A stretch of DNA of 32,000 nucleotides from Candidatus Methanoperedens sp. (lineage in GTDB: Archaea > Halobacteriota > Methanosarcinia > Methanosarcinales > Methanoperedenaceae), in assembly GCA_041494705.1 (NCBI GenBank), contig JBGQBI010000002.1, positions 270,001-302,000 on the forward strand, read 5' to 3'. The position numbers and the translations under genes were made by a program. Positions 23,201 through 31,459 of the stretch are shown piece by piece (position 1 is the first letter of the stretch; each line of letters opens with the position of its first letter). Under the pieces are notes generated by a model. It did no database searches and was not told the DNA's origin. It worked only from the letters and a program-made list of their open reading frames with translations.

Positions 23201-24109
23201 AAGGTTCTCGTCAAAACTGCCTGGAGTGTATGGTATTTCAACGATTGCATAACCTCCTGCGAAGTTTGCTGTCGTATTGATATCGTAATAGTTTCCAACA
23301 GCATTAAAAATTGAGGCATTACTTACCCAAGTATTGCTGCTTGAAACCGTCGTGGAGGTATTTCCAGAGCCGGTAACTCCTGAGAAATTAACAACAACAT
23401 TTGACCCTAATGAAACCTGTCCATCCGAAACTGTATTCGGAAGGGTGGTGGTCTCGTTGTAAGCTCCTGTAGAGTTGATAATTCCGTATGTATTTACTGA
23501 ACGAAGCGATATATTATGTGTTGTATTAGGAGCGAATGTTACAAGTTGGGAATACGTACTTCCTGGTGCATGACCGATAAAAGATGCTGAACCGCCATCT
23601 ATACTCAAATAAACTCCACTGAAATTAACGTCAGATGGAGCAGTCCATGTCCAGTTAAGATATGTTTGTCCCCTATCGACATTTATAATAGTAACAGCAG
23701 GTGGTAGCAGGTTATTGATAATAAAATTGCGAGTTGCAACTGTGATATTACCAGTTGTTGTATTTCCTGCGGTCACTATCAGACTATAATTATCATTCGC
23801 AAATGTTGTAGTATCTAAAGGAGGAAGAAATGTGAAGTCCTCTCCTGAACTGGAAGTATTTCTATTTGGATTTGTAGTATTTAATATATTAGACCATCCA
23901 GGTGTTCCGTTAGTAATTTTAAATTCTACTATGTTCATGTTCTCGGTTGGACTGGTTATATTAGCAATGAATTGAAAGGTACCGCTAATGGCTTGATTAT
24001 CTGTAGGTGCTGTTATAAGAACAGTTGGCGCCGCCGCCATCGCAATCAAAACAATACTCAACATCAATATCACAAAAGCAATTCCTTTAATCGTTATTTT
24101 CTTCACCAT
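20225..24109 (-). CDS. Large S-layer/surface protein with tandem S-layer duplication domains (DUF1608-type), Ig/FN3-like N-terminal domains, CarboxypepD_reg-like and CARDB-like domains, C-terminal TM anchor
   Basis: 1294 aa. Signal peptide MVKKITIKGIAFVILMLSIVLIAMAAAP. Two roughly 275-aa paralogous modules (aa 431-705 and 713-985). TM plus Lys-rich tail YYLIGGIATVIGLIAIYLL...GKFGKKGIEEVKK. Many N-x-S/T sequons. Confidence 0.85.
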   Translation of the reverse strand: MVKKITIKGIAFVILMLSIVLIAMAAAPTVLITAPTDNQAISGTFQFIANITSPTENMNIVEFKITNGTPGWSNILNTTNPNRNTSSSGEDFTFLPPLDTTTFANDNYSLIVTAGNTTTGNITVATRNFIINNLLPPAVTIINVDRGQTYLNWTWTAPSDVNFSGVYLSIDGGSASFIGHAPGSTYSQLVTFAPNTTHNISLRSVNTYGIINSTGAYNETTTLPNTVSDGQVSLGSNVVVNFSGVTGSGNTSTTVSSSNTWVSNASIFNAVGNYYDINTTANFAGGYAIVEIPYTPGSFDENLVRLYHLESGVWKDVTSGDIVAHKVRGNVTSLSPFVPGVPPGPGITNTTPSATVQTIGLASQNFTVTFDQTVNVTWYINGTNVSSNASVTSNYYLNNSPSTGTWNITVVGNNANGTASYTWNWTVRSRTYETGNRIWDASKEMNLTYTWNPMSFYAFYYDVDNNVGNESLQIQLGSRTDRNLPENSITYTTKPDNVSFQYKPWGSYNVIGFMAEKYFAAYTAVSTGITSKPISTIGSKQLHKILMDDNTQRAIYAGSTLTLSEGYVLKVKDVDITGGKIVLLSLLKDGNEVDTTAIAAGNTYTYSKRVGVVSDVPIIAVHIDTVFSGREANAAFMKGIFQISESFTSINTGNMYGIMEIKSASDTGITMQNKNALSLSPGSLNDLMGDMKIVVADNSSVLRFAPTVQKAGTYEVRGTISQATDPTTFDWNPLNFEGFYYDIDEDVGSEKLTLTRTDRSVAENALVYTTSPQAVSFQYKNFGTYKVIGFMANKYFAGYIGNGNATGISKIDISTINSKQLHKVLADDNTQRAVYAGSTLTLNEGYVLKVKDVDITGGKIVLLSLLKDGNEVDTTAIAAGSTYVYTKKVGVVSDLPVIAAHIETVFSGREANAAFIKGIFQISEAITPVTTNDQYGIMKVTEVSDNKIEMKNTGTVSLSPNSIIDVMGNIKFHVADSNDIRFYPFILVNGSLAAANQLSISVPSNPSVKDTITIAITAGSSPADGAAVTFDDVSIGTTNSTGKLDYTLTRSGMHNITATKLGYEKAVKTIQVAEWVDNRLSIDIPAVIDQGIPVSMKVQSNGTAIAGASITLDNSVIGATDTKGILNYSFTASGTHNLGASKDKYISVVREISIRLPFSEYKALDINIAPNAVFTNVQTLITSNITNAGTKADTKQVELISNGTVVDNRSVSLAPGEIKGINFTRKEALPGNYTIEILGQKGLLEVKEQPINYYLIGGIATVIGLIAIYLLTAKGILGNLLGKFGKKGIEEVKK
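21155..21973 (-). repeat. S-layer duplication module, copy 2 (aa 713-985)
   Basis: Offset exactly 837 nt (279 codons) from copy 1. Shares the motifs WNP.NF.gFYYD.D, VIGFMA.KYFA, SKQLHK, VKDVDITGGKIVLLSLLKDGNEVDTTAIAAG and TVFSGREANAAF. Confidence 0.8.
21995..22819 (-). repeat. S-layer duplication module, copy 1 (aa 431-705)
   Basis: See copy 2. The core 22310-22495 is nearly identical at DNA level to 21470-21658, including a 62-bp perfect run. Confidence 0.8.
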
Positions 24110-24207
24110 GTTTTTCCCCTAATCATAATTTCAATTATTCTCATCCTCGACCCGTCAACCATGCTGCAAAAAAGCAGTATAATAGACCGCACGTCATAAG
24201 AAGTCAT

Positions 24208-24215
24208 TATATAAA
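24208..24215 (-). promoter_or_regulatory. Consensus archaeal TATA box (TTTATATA on minus strand) for the S-layer gene
   Basis: The plus strand reads tatataaa. It lies about 100 nt upstream of ATG 24109, implying a long 5' UTR. AGGGG lies just upstream of the ATG. Confidence 0.4.
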
Positions 24216-24268
24216 TAATTTCTGTGACAAAATGCAACCCGCCAGCAGTTTAATTCAAACGCAAAACC

Positions 24269-24874
24269 CTACAAATCCAGAAGTGCCGCAACAACTTCCT
24301 CATACTTTGCGCCTTTGCGTATGATTTTGCGGTTCACAAGGTCAACAACAGTTGAAGGCTTGCCCTTACACTCGCCGCCGTCAATGATATAATCCGCGCT
24401 TATTTTGATTTCATCGGCTTTCACAGGCGGCGCCTCTCCCGAAATGTTGGCGCTGGTCGATGTGATGGGGACGCCCGCAAGTTCAATGAGCTTAATCGTA
24501 GTTTCATGGTCGGGATAGCGTATTCCCACGAGCCCCGCCGAAGACAGTATATCTGGAACTTTCTCCTTTTTCTTCAATAAAACAGTTACAGGTCCGGGCA
24601 GAAGTTTTTCAACAAAATGCCTTTCCTTCTCATTCATTACCACAAGCTCGTCCATCATCCTGAAACCGGAAACAGCAACCGAAACAGGCTTTCCGGTATC
24701 TCTTTTCTTGGCTGCAAACACTTTTTTCAGCGCCTCTTCTGAAAAAATACTGGCGCCGATACCATACACAGTCTCGGTAGGATAGATGACGATACCGTTT
24801 TTTCTAATAATCTCCGCTGCTTTCCTGATATCTGTGCCTGTAAGCCCGCGATTGTGGCGCATTATTAATAGCAT
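24269..24874 (-). CDS. tsaC: L-threonylcarbamoyladenylate synthase (YrdC/TsaC domain only)
   Basis: 201 aa. GIVIYPTETVYGIGA, KKRDTGKPVSV, PGPVTVLL and SANISGE motifs of the YrdC/Sua5 family. No Sua5 C-terminal domain. Confidence 0.85.
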   Translation of the reverse strand: MLLIMRHNRGLTGTDIRKAAEIIRKNGIVIYPTETVYGIGASIFSEEALKKVFAAKKRDTGKPVSVAVSGFRMMDELVVMNEKERHFVEKLLPGPVTVLLKKKEKVPDILSSAGLVGIRYPDHETTIKLIELAGVPITSTSANISGEAPPVKADEIKISADYIIDGGECKGKPSTVVDLVNRKIIRKGAKYEEVVAALLDL

Positions 24875-24915
24875 TAATTGAGAACCTAATTTTCTAAAAC
24901 ATATTTTTGTGAATG

Positions 24916-24981
24916 CTTTGCGTACTTGGCGCCTTTGCGGTGTGCAATTTTATTCACCGCAGAGTCGCAAAGGCCGCAAAG
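24916..24981. repeat. 66-bp imperfect palindromic CTTTGCG/CGCAAAG element (copy C, inverted relative to copy A)
   Basis: ctttgcgtacttggcgcctttgcggtg...caccgcagagtcgcaaaggccgcaaag. The arms are about 85% identical to the reverse complement of copy A by hand alignment. The loops are unrelated. Confidence 0.7.
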
Positions 24982-25039
24982 ACACTTAAAATTGTTTGGT
25001 TTTTTGACTGTAATCCACGTTTAATTGCAGTTAAAAAAA

Positions 25040-25276
25040 TTAAACCGGAACAATCGCCAGTGAGCCGACCGGGCAATTACGGGTGCATATCCCGCAGGCG
25101 ATACACGTCAGGTTATCTATAACCGCAGCGCCATTGGATACTGAAATCGCAAGTTTTGCTGTATTGACATCAAAATCTTCAGCTTTTGCCAATTTCGTAT
25201 TCGTGGGGCAAACCGTTACACATATTCCGCATCCGTTGCAATTCTGCGATTGCACAAGTTTCTTGTCTTTTGCCAT
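25040..25276 (-). CDS. 2x[4Fe-4S] ferredoxin
   Basis: 78 aa with CNGCGICVTVCP and CIACGICTRNCP. Confidence 0.8.
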   Translation of the reverse strand: MAKDKKLVQSQNCNGCGICVTVCPTNTKLAKAEDFDVNTAKLAISVSNGAAVIDNLTCIACGICTRNCPVGSLAIVPV

Positions 25277-25314
25277 GATGTTTGATATTGCTTGCGACGA
25301 TATGAATATTTCGC

Positions 25315-26412
25315 TTAATACTGCGGCTCCAGCCCCTCAAGCTTTTCTTTTATCCCCCTGTTCTGTTCTGCCACCTGCTCCTTCTTCTCTTTTTCTTTCC
25401 TGACAGCCTCAATACCTATGTTAAATAATTTATTCAATTCAGAAGAAGCGCCGATTGACAATACAGTAAGCACCCTTGGCATTTCGCCATTGCGCAAAAG
25501 AACTCCCTTGAATATCTGCCCTATCTCGCTTGAAAGTTTCTCAACTTCTGTTGTAATATCAATTATATTGAGATACTTTTTATCCCCTTCTATAATTATC
25601 ATTGCCCTGTTCGCTTCCTTATAAGGGTCAAGCTCAAAAAGAAGACCTGCATGCGAAAGGCTGTGCTTGATGACCGCCTTGATGGAAACGTTCTTGTCGC
25701 CTTCCCCGAAACCCATTGTAGCAAGCTTGGAACCCGCTGACATAACAGTTTTGAAATCGCCAAGGTCGGTGACCATCATCATCTCGCTGTCAAGCGACTT
25801 TAAAAGGAACAGGAACCGCTGCGCAACCGTCCTGTTTATCCCGTCATAAGCGGTTTTTATATCCTTGCCGAGATGCTTCAGGAACTGGTTATCCACGACA
25901 ATATTGCCATCCGAACTTCCAGCTATTATCTCTTTCAGGCAAAAAATCGAATTCTGGAGATAAATCGACCCCTCCTCCCTGAAGGGAAGCACTATAATCC
26001 CGTAAACGCTGAATTTATATCGCTCTTTCAGCGCATCAATCAAAAGAGGAGTAAATGATGAACCTGTCCCGCCAGAAGACGACGCTATAACAAATGCTAC
26101 ATCAAAATCCCCGCGTTCCTCTATCGACCGGAGCAATAGTTCCTTATTATCTTCAAAACATTGTTTTCCGATGTTCCTGTTCGCCCCGACCCCGTGAAGA
26201 TAGGGCACATGTATCCTGTCTTTTGCTTTTGTAAATCTCAATTCTTTCAGGTCGTTCATCGCCGTATTGATTGCAAGGGTTTCAACGCGGCTCGTAAACT
26301 TCTGCGTGCCATAATATTTTGAGAGCACGCTTCCGCCGAATGCTTCTTTGTTTATTGCGTCAAGAATCCTGTTGCCGCACTGCCCGACTCCGATAATAAG
26401 TACATTCAGCAT
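25315..26412 (-). CDS. Tubulin/FtsZ-superfamily GTPase, CetZ-like (divergent)
   Basis: 365 aa. T1 loop IGVGQCGNRILD, HGVGANRNIGKQ, T4 loop SSSGGTGSS and IVVDNQFL are collinear with CetZ motifs. Coiled-coil Lys/Glu-rich tail. Confidence 0.8.
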   Translation of the reverse strand: MLNVLIIGVGQCGNRILDAINKEAFGGSVLSKYYGTQKFTSRVETLAINTAMNDLKELRFTKAKDRIHVPYLHGVGANRNIGKQCFEDNKELLLRSIEERGDFDVAFVIASSSGGTGSSFTPLLIDALKERYKFSVYGIIVLPFREEGSIYLQNSIFCLKEIIAGSSDGNIVVDNQFLKHLGKDIKTAYDGINRTVAQRFLFLLKSLDSEMMMVTDLGDFKTVMSAGSKLATMGFGEGDKNVSIKAVIKHSLSHAGLLFELDPYKEANRAMIIIEGDKKYLNIIDITTEVEKLSSEIGQIFKGVLLRNGEMPRVLTVLSIGASSELNKLFNIGIEAVRKEKEKKEQVAEQNRGIKEKLEGLEPQY

Positions 26413-26419
26413 ATGACCT

Positions 26420-27568
26420 CTAATATGAATATTCCCTATGTCTTTTAATTGTAAATAATACTATTCCTATTATGAAAATCATAACCGGGAGTAAAAAGTA
26501 CAGGTAATTCCCTTGTTTTTCTGTTACGGTGATTGTTTCGGAATCAGAAGGTGTACCAGCCTCATTGTCATTGTAAGCCGTTCTTAAATGTATGGTATAA
26601 TTACCAGATTCTTTCGGTTTTAATGTGACCCTATATTCTTTTGCATCGGCCGGTGCTATGCTATCGTAAACCTGTCTTAAATCCCCCTCAACGGCTTCCA
26701 TGCCTAATGGAGGTATTCCATCTACAAGTACAGATTTAGCGGTAGCTTTACCTGTATTGTTGATTTTTACGGTAGCTTTTATTAGCTCACCTACGGTGGC
26801 ATTCATTTTATCAATGCTGATAACCGTGGTCAGGTAGGATTTTTCCCTTAAAACTTCAGCAACTGTAATTGTCAGCGAATTTGATTTGCTCGTTTTTGAA
26901 CCATATTTTATAATTGTAGGTTCTATTGTAAATGTGCCTGAATCCACAGCTTTCAATCCATAGTTAAGTTCCTGGCTTTCTCCCGCGGCCAGTTCGGAAT
27001 TTATCTCTGGCGGAAATGTTGAATATGGGGCATTGGAAAAACCGCTTGGGAGCTGTTCAATCAGTGTTACATTATAGGCTGTTGCATTTCCATTATTTTC
27101 AACTTTGATTTTAAATTTTACAACGTCGCCATTATTAATATTCGTTTTATCGGCTGTTTTTGTTAGGACAATGTTCGGAACCCCGACCTGGGCAACCGCA
27201 ATCTGGTATTTTTTAGGAGCCCCCCATTCAGCAGGGAACTCTATTGTAATCATGGCTGAAGTTTCAGTAATAAACGAAGCGCCAAGCTTGATTTGATTAA
27301 ATGTGATAGGAGCTTCGCCTTCGTATAAATTTCGAATTACCGGTTTGTCACCGTTAGTCATATTGGCTGTAACATAAGCCATCCGTTCAAGTTTAACAAC
27401 TTCTATAATATAAGAACCATTTTCAAAACTTAAACCTGTACTGTTTTGCATTGAAAAATTGAAGGTTTGCGGCGATGCGCCTCCAACTGTTGAAGCCATT
27501 AATGAAATTAATAATAAAAAAGCAAGTTTCCTTATCGAATGGTCCCCTTTTTTCAACTTATAAGTCAT
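26420..27568 (-). CDS. Surface protein with DUF11-type (conserved repeat domain) repeats, signal peptide and C-terminal TM anchor
   Basis: The track start is TTG 27574 and the first ATG is at 27568. LTKTADKTNINNGDVVKFKIKVENNGNATAYNVTLIEQLPSGF and a second similar repeat. C-terminal LYFLLPVMIFIIGIVLFTIKRHR. The stop is 7 nt before the CetZ-like ATG. Confidence 0.7.
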   Translation of the reverse strand: MTYKLKKGDHSIRKLAFLLLISLMASTVGGASPQTFNFSMQNSTGLSFENGSYIIEVVKLERMAYVTANMTNGDKPVIRNLYEGEAPITFNQIKLGASFITETSAMITIEFPAEWGAPKKYQIAVAQVGVPNIVLTKTADKTNINNGDVVKFKIKVENNGNATAYNVTLIEQLPSGFSNAPYSTFPPEINSELAAGESQELNYGLKAVDSGTFTIEPTIIKYGSKTSKSNSLTITVAEVLREKSYLTTVISIDKMNATVGELIKATVKINNTGKATAKSVLVDGIPPLGMEAVEGDLRQVYDSIAPADAKEYRVTLKPKESGNYTIHLRTAYNDNEAGTPSDSETITVTEKQGNYLYFLLPVMIFIIGIVLFTIKRHREYSY

Positions 27569-27620
27569 TAACAACGGAGTATATTTACATACGATTATAT
27601 ATAAGCCTTATGAACAAAAT

Positions 27621-29438
27621 TCACATTTCTATCCTTGAGAGAACGCCGTGGAGCTTATGGGGCGGAAGTTTATAAAACTGGACGAATGGCGGCGTAAGTT
27701 TTTTGATAGTTGAATAAAACTTCCAGATGATATTTTCAGTCACAATGTCTTCAAGACCATAGAATATCGTCTTTTCATCTATTCCGGATTCCTTCAATAT
27801 CTTCTCGACATCCATCACCTCCATATACCCCATCCTTATCTCAAAAATCCGGAGACCATCTGCAAGCGTCTCCTTAAAAGAGCTGGTAACCCCGAAGGGG
27901 TTGTCTAATTTAATCATGGACACAATTATGTTATCCTCATAAATGATGTTATTTTCGAACATCGTATTAGCAATATATGGTGGAATCCTTGTTATATCTC
28001 TCGCAAAGAAAAGCGCTGTCCCTTTGATTTTATTTATACTTGAATACAATCTATTATATTCCCCAAGGAAAACATCTAAATCCATGGGTTTAAGCGCGCT
28101 ATAAAGTTTTTTCTGCCCGGACGTGTAAACCATAATTACGCTGAATGGAATAAGTGCTAAAATGATCGACCAGTAGCCTCCGTAGCGTATTTCTATTTTG
28201 TGAAGGCTTGACAAGAGGAATGCAATATCAACAAATGTCACGAACATAGCGATAGCGAATTTTGACATTTTACCCTTTAAATAAAAAATCCATGTCATCA
28301 TAATACCCGTAAGAGCCATAGTTCCGGTGACCGCAAGACCGTATGCTGCAGCTAAACGATGTGATTCCTTGAAATCAAACATAATAAATAAAACAAAAAA
28401 AAGTAAAACCCAGTTAACAGTGCCAATGTATATCTGCGAACTTAGTTTAGCCGATGTATAATCCACCTTTAGCATGGGCAGAACCCGGGTTGTAATTCCC
28501 TGATATACTATGGAGAACATGCCGCTTATCATTGCCTGAGAGGCTATAATAGTGGCAAGAATACTGAGAACGAGAAATGGTATATATAGAATCTGCGCCT
28601 GCTGGAATATCATATCAAAAAGCACATTTTTTGCCTCAGGATGCTGGATAATAAAGGCGCCCTGCCCGAGATAATTCAGTAAAAGAGCAAAAAACACGAC
28701 ATACCAGCCCCTCATGATAGGAAGCTTTCCAAGCTGTCCCATGTCAGCATATAACGCCTCGCCGCCTGTGGCGCAGAGTATAACCTGGGAAAGTATTAAG
28801 AAACCTGCGATACCGTTCTCTGTAAGAAATTTAAAAGCATAGTAGGGATTTATGGCATTGAACACCGCCGGAACATTTAGAATCGAAACAAAACCCGATG
28901 CTGCAATCGATAAAAACCACAACGCCATCACAGGACCGAACGCCCATGCAATTTTTTCGGTGCCCTTTTTCTGGATTGAAAATAGGGCTATTGCAATTAT
29001 AGCTGCAATGATAACAAGCGTTTCCGGCGAGGTTCCCTCAAGTCCGGGAATAAGTACTATTCCTTCGACGGCGCTGAGTATGCTTATGGCCGGGGTGATG
29101 ACGCCATCACCGAAAAGAAGGGAGATGCCAATGAAGGAAAGCAGGATGATAAACGAGATTTTTCTTCCCGATTTTAACATCGGGATAAGTATTTCACGAA
29201 GGACAATGGTGCCTCCTTCACCCTTCTGGCCAAGGCTCATGGCAAGCCATGCGTATTCTATTGTTACGATAATAATAAGAGTCCAGATGATGAGTGAGAG
29301 GATACCCAGAACATTGGCTAACGTATGTTCTGTAAGAAGAAAAATAACTGTAAGGGTGTATATCGGGCTTGTTCCTATATCCCCGAAAACAAGACCGAGG
29401 GATTTTATAATACCGTTGAGGTTTTCTCTGCTGAGCAT
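27621..29438 (-). CDS. kup: KUP/HAK/KT family potassium uptake transporter
   Basis: 605 aa. The signature GLVFGDIGTSPIYT lies near the N-terminus. About 12 TM helices plus a cytoplasmic C-terminal domain. Confidence 0.9.
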   Translation of the reverse strand: MLSRENLNGIIKSLGLVFGDIGTSPIYTLTVIFLLTEHTLANVLGILSLIIWTLIIIVTIEYAWLAMSLGQKGEGGTIVLREILIPMLKSGRKISFIILLSFIGISLLFGDGVITPAISILSAVEGIVLIPGLEGTSPETLVIIAAIIAIALFSIQKKGTEKIAWAFGPVMALWFLSIAASGFVSILNVPAVFNAINPYYAFKFLTENGIAGFLILSQVILCATGGEALYADMGQLGKLPIMRGWYVVFFALLLNYLGQGAFIIQHPEAKNVLFDMIFQQAQILYIPFLVLSILATIIASQAMISGMFSIVYQGITTRVLPMLKVDYTSAKLSSQIYIGTVNWVLLFFVLFIMFDFKESHRLAAAYGLAVTGTMALTGIMMTWIFYLKGKMSKFAIAMFVTFVDIAFLLSSLHKIEIRYGGYWSIILALIPFSVIMVYTSGQKKLYSALKPMDLDVFLGEYNRLYSSINKIKGTALFFARDITRIPPYIANTMFENNIIYEDNIIVSMIKLDNPFGVTSSFKETLADGLRIFEIRMGYMEVMDVEKILKESGIDEKTIFYGLEDIVTENIIWKFYSTIKKLTPPFVQFYKLPPHKLHGVLSRIEM

Positions 29439-29553
29439 AATTTATTCCAGCTTACTGGCATAGCTAAATCTTTGTCTGAAGATTCTCTTAATGGTTTTAA
29501 GGGTTTCTGATTGGTTAAGCCCTTGCAGCTTTAGTAAAACGGCAGTAAGTCAA

Positions 29554-30690
29554 CTAATCCACAAAAGGTTTCCCCGACTTCAAAATGACATCCGCCACTT
29601 CGGGACGCATCAGGTCTGCTGTTGGCCGTTTCCCTGCTTCTATCATCTGCCTCATTTTCGTCCCGCTAAAATCAATCCTGTCGCTATGCGGGCACACCTT
29701 GTCATTGGTTATCCCGCCGCATTTGTTGCAGTAGAAAAACGACATGAAGAACATGGGCTCGATACCGATATCCGGGAACTCCTTGAAAATCTCCTGCGCT
29801 GCAAATGGGTGATAATAGTTGCCCACGCCGGCATGGTCTCTGCCGATGATGAAATGTGTGCACCCGTAGTTTTTTCGGACGATTGCGTGGAATATCGCCT
29901 CGCGCGGACCGGCATAGCGCATTTCGGTCTGGAAAATGCCAAGGACGACTCTGTCCTTGGGATAATAATTATCGATAAGCACCTCGTAACTTTCAAGAAT
30001 AACATCGTCCCTGAAATCGCCTTTCTTTTTCTTGCCTATGACCGGGTTGATGAACAGCCCGTCCACCATCGTGAGCGCGGATTTTTGCAGGTATTCATGA
30101 CCGAGGTGCGCGACGTTTCGCGTCTGGAACCCTACTATTTTCTCCCAGCCTTTTTCTTTGAAAAGATTCCTTGTTTCTTCGGGCTTCATCGCATATTTAT
30201 AATACGGCGTTTGTGATTCGTTTACAAGGCTTATTTTTCCGCCAAGCAGCGTGTCTTTCATTGAATAAGTCTTTGCAACGCCCGGGTGTGCAGCATCGTT
30301 CGTCCCGAACACCTGCTCAGCATACGCTCTTTTGTCATAGCTGTATTTTTCATCGACCTGCATTACGGCCACAATATGGTCGCCATTTTTCAGGAGTATG
30401 TCGTCCCCTTCTTTTATGTCGCTGTTGTCGGTATCAAGCACTATCGGAAGCGTCCAGGGAAGACCGTTTGAGAGGCGTTTATTATAGAGGATGCTTTCAT
30501 ATTCCTCGCGGCAGTTGAAACCTTCAAGGGGACTGAACAGCCCTGAGGCAATGTTCTCTACATCTTTCATCAGGTCAACGCTGACAGGAACGCTCTGGTA
30601 CTCGGAAGCCTGCCCGATTATCTTTTTCCGTTTCTGTTCAGTTAATGTCCTGTTGATTAACTTTCCGCCGTGAGGTTTTATTTGAGTCAT
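29554..30690 (-). CDS. sat: Sulfate adenylyltransferase (ATP sulfurylase)
   Basis: 378 aa. GFQTRNVAHLGHEYL (QTRNP.H..H motif) and IIGRDHAGVGNYY (GRDHAG motif). Confidence 0.9.
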   Translation of the reverse strand: MTQIKPHGGKLINRTLTEQKRKKIIGQASEYQSVPVSVDLMKDVENIASGLFSPLEGFNCREEYESILYNKRLSNGLPWTLPIVLDTDNSDIKEGDDILLKNGDHIVAVMQVDEKYSYDKRAYAEQVFGTNDAAHPGVAKTYSMKDTLLGGKISLVNESQTPYYKYAMKPEETRNLFKEKGWEKIVGFQTRNVAHLGHEYLQKSALTMVDGLFINPVIGKKKKGDFRDDVILESYEVLIDNYYPKDRVVLGIFQTEMRYAGPREAIFHAIVRKNYGCTHFIIGRDHAGVGNYYHPFAAQEIFKEFPDIGIEPMFFMSFFYCNKCGGITNDKVCPHSDRIDFSGTKMRQMIEAGKRPTADLMRPEVADVILKSGKPFVD

Positions 30691-30718
30691 TCTTATACCA
30701 ACTAATCTTTAAAAAAAT

Positions 30719-31438
30719 TTATCTCTTCACATTCCCTGCATGCAGGCCGCATTCCTTCTTCGTAGCATCCTCCCACCACCAGCGCCCTTCGCGCTCATGC
30801 TGCCCGGGAAGCACGGGTTTAGTACACGGCTCGCACCCGATGCTGACAAACCCCTTTTCATGCAGCTTGTTGTAAGGGACGTCGTTCTCGCGAATATAAT
30901 CCCATACCTGTTTTGAAGTCCAGTTCGCAAGCGGGTTGAATTTAATGAGCTTGCCTGTCCCAAATGTCGGGTCTTTCTGGATGACGGGGACGGCCGCCCT
31001 CGTTCCAGGGCTCTGGTCTTTGCGCTGACCTGTTATCCAGGCATCCACAGTGTTGAGGGCGCGCTTGAGAGGGTCAACCTTGCGTACGTCGCAGCATTCT
31101 TTGTGGCCGTCCTTGCGGAACGAGAATAAACCTTTTTCCTTCACAAGCTTTTCTGTCGCATCCCGGTTTGCAAAGAACACTTCGATATTAATATTGTAGG
31201 TATTCCTGACCTCTTCAATGAACTGGTAAGTCTCAGGATGCAGGCGCCCGGTGTCAAGTGAAAAAACCCTGAAGTTTTTGCCTGTCTTTTTCGCCATGTC
31301 AATCAATACCACATCCTCAGCGCCGCTGAATGAGATTGCGATATTATTGAATATCCCAAGCGCCAATTCCAGGATTTCCTGCGGTGATTTATTCTCGTAT
31401 TCTTTTGCTAAATTTTCAATATCAAGTTGTTCTGACAT
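30719..31438 (-). CDS. cysH: Adenylylsulfate (APS) reductase, thioredoxin-dependent CysH family with Fe-S cysteines
   Basis: 239 aa. PAPS_reduct fold ([15 protein letters not shown]), catalytic C-terminal KKECGLH, plus CC ([13 protein letters not shown]) and CxxC (SIGCEPCT) pairs that mark the [4Fe-4S] APS-specific subgroup. Confidence 0.85.
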   Translation of the reverse strand: MSEQLDIENLAKEYENKSPQEILELALGIFNNIAISFSGAEDVVLIDMAKKTGKNFRVFSLDTGRLHPETYQFIEEVRNTYNINIEVFFANRDATEKLVKEKGLFSFRKDGHKECCDVRKVDPLKRALNTVDAWITGQRKDQSPGTRAAVPVIQKDPTFGTGKLIKFNPLANWTSKQVWDYIRENDVPYNKLHEKGFVSIGCEPCTKPVLPGQHEREGRWWWEDATKKECGLHAGNVKR

Positions 31439-31459
31439 TTATTATCCTTATCCTTATGC

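Noticed and set aside
24301-24332. ctttgcgcctttgcg...ttttgcgg inside the tsaC coding region, resembling the heptad repeat family
   Set aside because: It lies within a motif-supported CDS (encoding ...RKGAKYEE...) and lacks the palindromic partner arm. It is probably coincidental similarity.
29491-30216. 241-aa plus-strand ORF
   Set aside because: It is entirely antisense to the well-supported sat gene. It has no recognisable motifs and an Arg/His/Phe-rich shadow composition.
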